Part shown: one piece after another, positions 58,659-64,000 of the stretch
Layout: every line of letters begins with the position of its first letter
How positions within the stretch are numbered: position 1 is the first letter of the stretch
Origin: an uncultured virus (IMG/VR IMGVR_UViG_3300021407_000014)
Taxonomy: Duplodnaviria; Heunggongvirae; Uroviricota; Caudoviricetes
IMG/VR virus record: IMGVR_UViG_3300021407_000014
Length of the DNA: 64,000 nucleotides
Strand: one strand, 5' to 3'
Made by a program: the position numbers and the translations under genes
Notes under the pieces: generated by a model
What the model saw: the letters and a program-made list of their open reading frames with translations, nothing else
Database searches by the model: none
Told to the model about the DNA's origin: nothing

Positions 58659-58981
58659 TGACTTGGTCCTTTCGTCCCCCAGGAAGAAACGTATGTCGCG
58701 CGTATCGCGGAGTCAAGGCCACCCGTTCGGGTGACACTCGGCCGAGTGACGCTTCTTTTTCTCCACAAGTTATCCACAAGCACCCCCACAATGCACCCTA
58801 AGTCATCGTGACACTTCCGCTCTAGTCCAGGGGGGCGCCCTAGTTTCGGCCCCTTTTGCGGGCCCTGTACGGCCCCAAGACGGTCAAGAACCGGGCCCGT
58901 CCACGTGTCACCCACGGGAGCACCGCGGGACCCCACGCGCCCCGCTTGGCGCGCGGCGCAAAGCGCGATAGCCTGCAAAAC

Positions 58982-59392
58982 ATGCAGAAAGAAGCGCTGT
59001 TATGGGCAGGTGCGGGGCTACTGGGTGGGCTTGTGGTCGGCGCCCTCGTCGGCGCGGCGCAAAGCTCCCCTGCCGTGGTCGGCGCCGAGGCGAATGCCGG
59101 TCTTCTCCAGAACGTGAGCGCCGGGGGGACCTTGCAGCCGTCCTGGATGTACTACTTGACCATGAACGGGCCCGGCGCATCCAACGTGCAAAGCCTCGAA
59201 AGCTATCTGCAATCGCTAGGGTTCGTGGATGCCAGCTCGGGCGGCATCCCGCTGGTGACCTCGGTGTCGCCGACTCAGGCCACGGCGCTGGCGATCTACA
59301 GCGGCACGAGCCCCGGCGCGCTGCCGGCGAATACGTCGAACCTGGCCATCACAGCGTCCGGTTACCCCACGCCGAGCGTCCTAAGCGCTTAG
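58982..59392 (+). CDS. N-terminally anchored membrane protein
   Basis: MQKEALLWAGAGLLGGLVVGALVG. Confidence 0.55.
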   Translation: MQKEALLWAGAGLLGGLVVGALVGAAQSSPAVVGAEANAGLLQNVSAGGTLQPSWMYYLTMNGPGASNVQSLESYLQSLGFVDASSGGIPLVTSVSPTQATALAIYSGTSPGALPANTSNLAITASGYPTPSVLSA

Positions 59393-59394
59393 AA

Positions 59395-60015
59395 CTACTT
59401 CAAACGTCTAGGATCTTTCACCATTACACCGACAATCAGGTCGGTGCTGCCGTACGGCCAACGAGCCAAGCCCCCCTCGCTGCGTAAGTGCGCCAGGGTG
59501 CGTGGTGCTCTCGTGGTCCCTATCTCGAGCGGAACCGACCGAGGACAGAGGGTATGCTTGGATGCGACCTGTTTGTTGTCGCGTATTACTGTAGTAATTC
59601 CAACTATTTCGTCGTTCCACTTGAACCAACCGTCGCTGTCGCAAAGACCGTTGTAGACGGTCGCCGTGAAGAGCGGCTCAAGGCTCGATAGCACTTCGGC
59701 ATTCCGCTGACGTGCCGAGTCAGCAAACGGCTCATCCCCGACTTCTACGTGAAAAAAGCACAATTCTCCTGACAACATATGGTCCCAAACACTGATGAAG
59801 CAGTAGGCGTCCTCGATGCTTGGCTCGTGTCCGCCCCAGCGCCTCGCATTGCACGGAGCTTGGAACACGAAGTCGACCATCTCCTCTGAATAGAAGCCTG
59901 ATTTCAGCTTATTGCGGATGTCGTGAAGAAACTCGTAGCCGGAAATTCCGTCAGCCGAGTACTCGAGACAGAGTCTTTCGGCGCCTTTTATGGCTCCACG
60001 TTCCCAGACGTTCAC
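59395..60015 (-). CDS. Hypothetical protein (lower GC) coupled to the recombinase
   Basis: GTG at 60015 overlaps the recombinase TGA. Confidence 0.5.
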   Translation of the reverse strand: MNVWERGAIKGAERLCLEYSADGISGYEFLHDIRNKLKSGFYSEEMVDFVFQAPCNARRWGGHEPSIEDAYCFISVWDHMLSGELCFFHVEVGDEPFADSARQRNAEVLSSLEPLFTATVYNGLCDSDGWFKWNDEIVGITTVIRDNKQVASKHTLCPRSVPLEIGTTRAPRTLAHLRSEGGLARWPYGSTDLIVGVMVKDPRRLK

Positions 60016-60956
60016 AGCAACCCCGTCGCCGCGTTGTCGATGAAGAGCGAACCGTGCTCGATGTAGCCGCGCGCCACGGTCTCCGAGCGCCAACGGCCCT
60101 GTTTCATGATGGAAGCGGTCGATCTGCCCTTTGCCGCGGCGGAGGTCGCCAGGCCTCTCCTGAGGCTGTGAGCGCCGAAAAGCTTCTTGTCGCCGAGGCC
60201 AGCGCGCACGGCCGCGCGCTGTACGATGGTCGCGATAGCTCGGGGGGCCGGGAAAAGGCGCGCGCCTGGGGCGAGAGAGGCCATGTAGGCCTGCATCGTG
60301 CGCACAGGGCACCCTAAGTGATTGGAAGCGTACGGTATTCCTACCTCTGCCCCCCGGCCTTCCTGATCCATTTTCGACTTTCGAACCAGGACGATCAGCC
60401 CTTCGGGGACGAACGAAAGGTCTGCGGGCTCGAGGGCAGAGAGCTCAGAGCGACGGAAAGCTCCAAACCACCCCACGAGCAGGAGCGCGCGCTCCTGGAG
60501 AGGCGCATCCTTGACCATCGAGAGGAGCTGTTCGGCCGAAATAGGCTTCTTTCCTGAGCGTTTGGAGCCTAGATCCTGCCGAATAGCCTTCATCGTCTTT
60601 CGGAGAGCCTCCGAGCGCGGGGGTTCGTGTCCGTTGGCCTCGTGGAAGTGCCAGATCCCCGAGAGGGCGCGCTCGATCGTGGAGACCTTGCGTCCCTGTT
60701 CCGAGAGCCACTTCACGTAGGCGATGATCGTGAGAGGATGCGCCGGGAGCGAAGGGAGCCCCCGAGAGCTCGTCCAGGCCTGAAACCCCTTCCAATCGGC
60801 CGCGTAAGCGCGCCGCGTGGCCTTGGGACCCCCTTTGCGCACTCTCTCGTCAGCTCGGGAGAGCAGGCCAGAGACCTCGAGAGCTGCCTCGGGGGCGATG
60901 GAAGCGTCGGTCGGAGCGACGAGAGCGAGGGGAGCGGGAGGGGGGTCGGAATGCAT
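60012..60956 (-). CDS. Tyrosine recombinase/integrase
   Basis: TRRAYAADW; GAFRRSEL; KSKMDQ; HSLRRG; GRW..RGY. Confidence 0.92.
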   Translation of the reverse strand: MHSDPPPAPLALVAPTDASIAPEAALEVSGLLSRADERVRKGGPKATRRAYAADWKGFQAWTSSRGLPSLPAHPLTIIAYVKWLSEQGRKVSTIERALSGIWHFHEANGHEPPRSEALRKTMKAIRQDLGSKRSGKKPISAEQLLSMVKDAPLQERALLLVGWFGAFRRSELSALEPADLSFVPEGLIVLVRKSKMDQEGRGAEVGIPYASNHLGCPVRTMQAYMASLAPGARLFPAPRAIATIVQRAAVRAGLGDKKLFGAHSLRRGLATSAAAKGRSTASIMKQGRWRSETVARGYIEHGSLFIDNAATGLL

Positions 60957-61571
60957 GCTGATAAGCGCATACTATCGGCAAGCAAGGCGCCTGTGAAGGC
61001 CTTCTCGTCGGCCGCGACCCGAACCCCCAGAACCTCGCGTGACTCGCCCCCCCCTGGGAGAGCCTCGAAAAGGGCCCCAGGTCACGCGGGACGCGCGCAG
61101 CGCGCGCGGGAGCGCCCCCGACGCCCCCTCGAGAGCCACAATAGGCCGTCCGACGCCCTCTCGACGCCCTCTTTCGCTCTCGGACCCTACCCTCTGCGAC
61201 AGAATTCCGCCCTCGGGGCATCTAGGATAGGCTTGCAGCATGCGCGCGCGCCCATCCGCCCCCCTTTCGACCGAAGAGAAGGCTCTCCTAGCCGGCGCGG
61301 CCGCTTTGGTGGGGGCCATCGTGGGGTACTGGGTCTTCGCGCCGAGCGCGCCGGTCGCGTCAGCGTCGACGAGCGCTCCCGCGGCGCCCCCCGGGGGCTA
61401 CGCGCAGGCGTGAGCAACGAGCTGCGCAACGCGTGGGCACTGCGCCGCTGGGTGCTCTACCTCGCATGGCGCAGCGCGCGCCGACGCTGTCTCTGGCGTT
61501 GGCTGACGCGCGACCTGCCGCGCATCCTCGACGATGACTATCCGGCCGCCAACATGAGCGACTGATCCGAC

Positions 61572-61600
61572 TTGCGATACACGCGACGTGCGGCTAGAGT
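61572..61600 (+). promoter_or_regulatory. Conserved promoter, copy 4
   Basis: TTGCGA-17 nt-TAGAGT; ATG at 61609. Confidence 0.7.
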
Positions 61601-61608
61601 GAGCCGTC

Positions 61609-62520
61609 ATGTCGAAACGACCTCGCATGTGCGGCTGCGGCCACGAGGAGACCAGCCACCTCGTGAACAAGAAGGACCCGAAGGGCCCGCGCGGCGCGTG
61701 CAACTACGGGCACGACCATGCGATGGGCGGCTGTCCGTGTCCGAGCTTCCATTCGCGGCGCTGGAAGAGCGACAAGCCGTTCCTAGTCCCCGGTCCGTTC
61801 CCGGGAGCAACGGAGCGACCGTCCATCGCGGCCGCGGTCAAAGCGCTCCGTCGAGAGGTGTTTGACGCGATCGACCGGTTCGAGAAGGCCGTGCTCGCGG
61901 CGCCGAAACCTGCAACGAAAGCCAAGCTTCGGGAAGAGCTTCAGTACCTGGTGCGGAGTGCCGGTCCTGAGCCCGTTTCGATGCTCGCGACCAACGGCAT
62001 GTCCCGCGCGCACCAGGCGACCGGCCCCGTCATGGGGCGCTGCGAGCGCGCGCTCCTGGACGTCCTCGCGAGCCGACACGGAAAGCACACGAGCCCCGGG
62101 CAGCTCGCCGTCATGAGCGGCTACAGCTTGAAGAGCTCGGGGTTCGCGAACGCGCTCTCTTCGCTGCGCTCGAGGGGTCTCGCCGAGGGCTACCGCGACG
62201 AGATCCACGTCACCGAAGCTGGGCGCGCGGCGAGCCCCGACGCGAAGCTCCCCACGGGCAGAGCGCTGCTCGAAATGTGGCTTCCCAAGCTGGGACGCTG
62301 CGAGCGGGAGCTGATCAGGTGCCTCCTCGATGTCTACCCGCAGGGGATCCCGAAAGAGGACCTGTCCGAGATGACGGGCTACTCCATCACGTCGAGCGGC
62401 TTTGCGAACGCGCTCTCGCGCCTGCGGACGCTGGAGCTCGCCGAGGGCTACGACGACATCCGCGCGTCGGCTGCAATCGGAGGGGAGAAGCCTCTCCGGG
62501 ATGAGGAGCTAGCGAATTGA
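61609..62520 (+). CDS. Protein with Cys/His N-terminus and two winged-helix-like repeats
   Basis: Two copies of GRCER..L..GYS..SSGFANALS.LR...LAEGY. Confidence 0.65.
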   Translation: MSKRPRMCGCGHEETSHLVNKKDPKGPRGACNYGHDHAMGGCPCPSFHSRRWKSDKPFLVPGPFPGATERPSIAAAVKALRREVFDAIDRFEKAVLAAPKPATKAKLREELQYLVRSAGPEPVSMLATNGMSRAHQATGPVMGRCERALLDVLASRHGKHTSPGQLAVMSGYSLKSSGFANALSSLRSRGLAEGYRDEIHVTEAGRAASPDAKLPTGRALLEMWLPKLGRCERELIRCLLDVYPQGIPKEDLSEMTGYSITSSGFANALSRLRTLELAEGYDDIRASAAIGGEKPLRDEELAN

Positions 62521-62864
62521 AAGTCATCGTCGCCGGCTCCCGCGACATCAAGTCTCTCGAAGACGTTCGCCACGCGATCCACGAGAGCGGCTACAGCGTG
62601 ACGGAGCTCGTCTCGGGCTGCGCGAAGGGCGTAGACGCGCTTGGAGAAGCGTGGGCGCGCGCCGCAGGGGTGCCTATCAAGCGCTTTCGACCGAACTGGG
62701 CGGGCCAGGGCTCGTACGCCGGTCCGGCGCGCAACCAGAGGATGGCCGACTACGCCGAGGCGCTCGTGGCGGTGACCCACTCGCCCTGGACGCCGGGCAC
62801 CGCGGACATGATCCGCCGCGCGCGAGCGAAGGGGCTGCTCGTGTACGTGAAGGAGGTTCCGTGA
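62517..62864 (+). CDS. SLOG/YspA-like (DUF2493) protein
   Basis: KVIVAGSRD, VSGCAKGVD, AGPARNQRMA, GTADMI. Confidence 0.85.
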   Translation: MKVIVAGSRDIKSLEDVRHAIHESGYSVTELVSGCAKGVDALGEAWARAAGVPIKRFRPNWAGQGSYAGPARNQRMADYAEALVAVTHSPWTPGTADMIRRARAKGLLVYVKEVP

Positions 62865-63223
62865 TCCGACGTGCTCGCATCGTCACGCTTCCCTTCCGAC
62901 TCGTGAGCCCGAACCAGGTCCGCGGGCACTGGGGCAAGCACGCAAAGCGCGAGGAAGAGGAGCGCGGCATCGCGCGTCTCGCGTGCCGCGGCCCTCTACG
63001 GGAGTTCCGTCTCGAACTCAACGAAGCTCGTCACGTAGATGTCCTGATCACGCGCCTCGGACGGAAGCCGTTCGACTCGGACAATCTTGCCATGGCCGCA
63101 AAACACGTGCGTGACGGCGTCGCCGACGCTCTCGGCATCGACGACGGAGACGAACGAGTGACCTGGCACTACGCGCAGCGAATCGAGATGTTCTACGCCG
63201 TCGAGATCCAGGTCTCTACCTAG
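62861..63223 (+). CDS. RusA-like Holliday junction resolvase
   Basis: DSDNL...KHVRDGVAD..GIDD; GTG start after AAGGAGG. Confidence 0.7.
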   Translation: MIRRARIVTLPFRLVSPNQVRGHWGKHAKREEEERGIARLACRGPLREFRLELNEARHVDVLITRLGRKPFDSDNLAMAAKHVRDGVADALGIDDGDERVTWHYAQRIEMFYAVEIQVST

Positions 63224-63240
63224 CTATCGCCGTGTACGAC

Positions 63241-63618
63241 TTACTTGTGCGCGGCGGACCGGGCAGCCGCGATCTTGGCGCGCGCGGAGAGTGACGCGGG
63301 GGCCCTGGCCGAGGTGACCTTCCCCATGGCGAGCCCCGGCGATCCGGGAAGGCTGAACGTCGGGTTCGAGTTCACCGACGTCATCGTCGGCTTGAGGATC
63401 TTGTCGCGCATCGTTTGGAGCTGATCCGGGGTGAGCGTCGAGCAGAACTTGCACTGCTTCGCCGGAAGCGTCTTCGGGTCGACCATCGTGGGCACTGCTC
63501 CCGGCAGGATGGTCACTCCGCAGGAGGTCACGTAGGCATGAGACCCGGACGCCGGGTGCACTCCGGTCCCGTGCACCGCGTGCCAGCCGTTGGGACTATT
63601 CACGTATTTCTGAGGCAT
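63241..63618 (-). CDS. Hypothetical protein
   Basis: AGGAG RBS; H/C motifs. Confidence 0.5.
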   Translation of the reverse strand: MPQKYVNSPNGWHAVHGTGVHPASGSHAYVTSCGVTILPGAVPTMVDPKTLPAKQCKFCSTLTPDQLQTMRDKILKPTMTSVNSNPTFSLPGSPGLAMGKVTSARAPASLSARAKIAAARSAAHK

Positions 63619-63651
63619 GGGCTTCTCCTGTTGCGAACCTGAGACGTGAGC

Positions 63652-63987
63652 TTACGGTCCAGGGAAAACGACGGCGTCGAAGATGATCGAGCTGAACGAG
63701 TCCGGACGGTAGGCGCCGCCCACGGCATCGTAGCCCGCTCCGCCCGTCGACTGGTGCGCTTGCTGGTAACCGCCTCCGCCTACGGGCGTGAGCAGTGAAG
63801 CCCACGTGAACGCCCGAAGGCCAGCGACCGACGCTCCCGTAGCCGGATCGAACGCATACGCCTCCGTCGGGCTTCCGCTCACGATGGCCCCGTCCAGGAT
63901 AGGGCCCATGAGCGCGTCCGCGAAACCACTCTTCAAGAGCGGCGGCAGAAGGTCGGCAGTCGCCGCGACGACCTGCACGATGTGCAT
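63652..63987 (-). CDS. Hypothetical protein
   Basis: 111-aa ORF near the window edge. Confidence 0.45.
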   Translation of the reverse strand: MHIVQVVAATADLLPPLLKSGFADALMGPILDGAIVSGSPTEAYAFDPATGASVAGLRAFTWASLLTPVGGGGYQQAHQSTGGAGYDAVGGAYRPDSFSSIIFDAVVFPGP

Positions 63988-64000
63988 GCTCGTGTGCTCT

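Noticed and set aside
60957..61571. attP site next to the recombinase
   Set aside because: No core or arm repeats or tRNA fragment could be identified by eye.
1..64000. tRNA/rRNA genes, terminase, portal, DNA polymerase, reverse transcriptase
   Set aside because: None was recognised by eye; absence is not proven without searches.

Overview
GC-rich window that looks entirely viral or proviral; no host housekeeping genes were recognised. (1) 1-22 kb, minus strand: a tightly coupled, probably virion-structural module. It has three paralogous fibre/spike-like genes, a LysM protein, a candidate capsid protein, an extremely Arg-rich core-like protein, many single-TM proteins, and a transglutaminase/papain-like protein with a LAGLIDADG intein at its catalytic Cys. 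No terminase, portal, tail or tape-measure gene was recognised. (2) 22-36 kb: JAB/RadC, SF2 helicase, SSB-like, Sak4-like ATPase, PD-(D/E)XK nuclease and DnaB-like helicase, followed by an origin-like cruciform. (3) 36-64 kb: small accessory genes, a sigma-70 factor, three cell-wall hydrolases, HNH endonucleases, a Ycf46-like AAA ATPase cluster, a tyrosine recombinase, and SLOG and RusA-like genes. The standout is 39398-40808. A sigma70-type promoter precedes a ~640-bp non-coding array of ~20 units, each GCGAC followed by (NN-NCC)n, with 5-nt internal periodicity and lengths mostly 8+5n. The array is immediately followed by a stand-alone Cas7/RAMP-like gene. This is a candidate RNA-guided system that is not a canonical CRISPR. 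All family calls come from reading motifs by eye; no searches were run.
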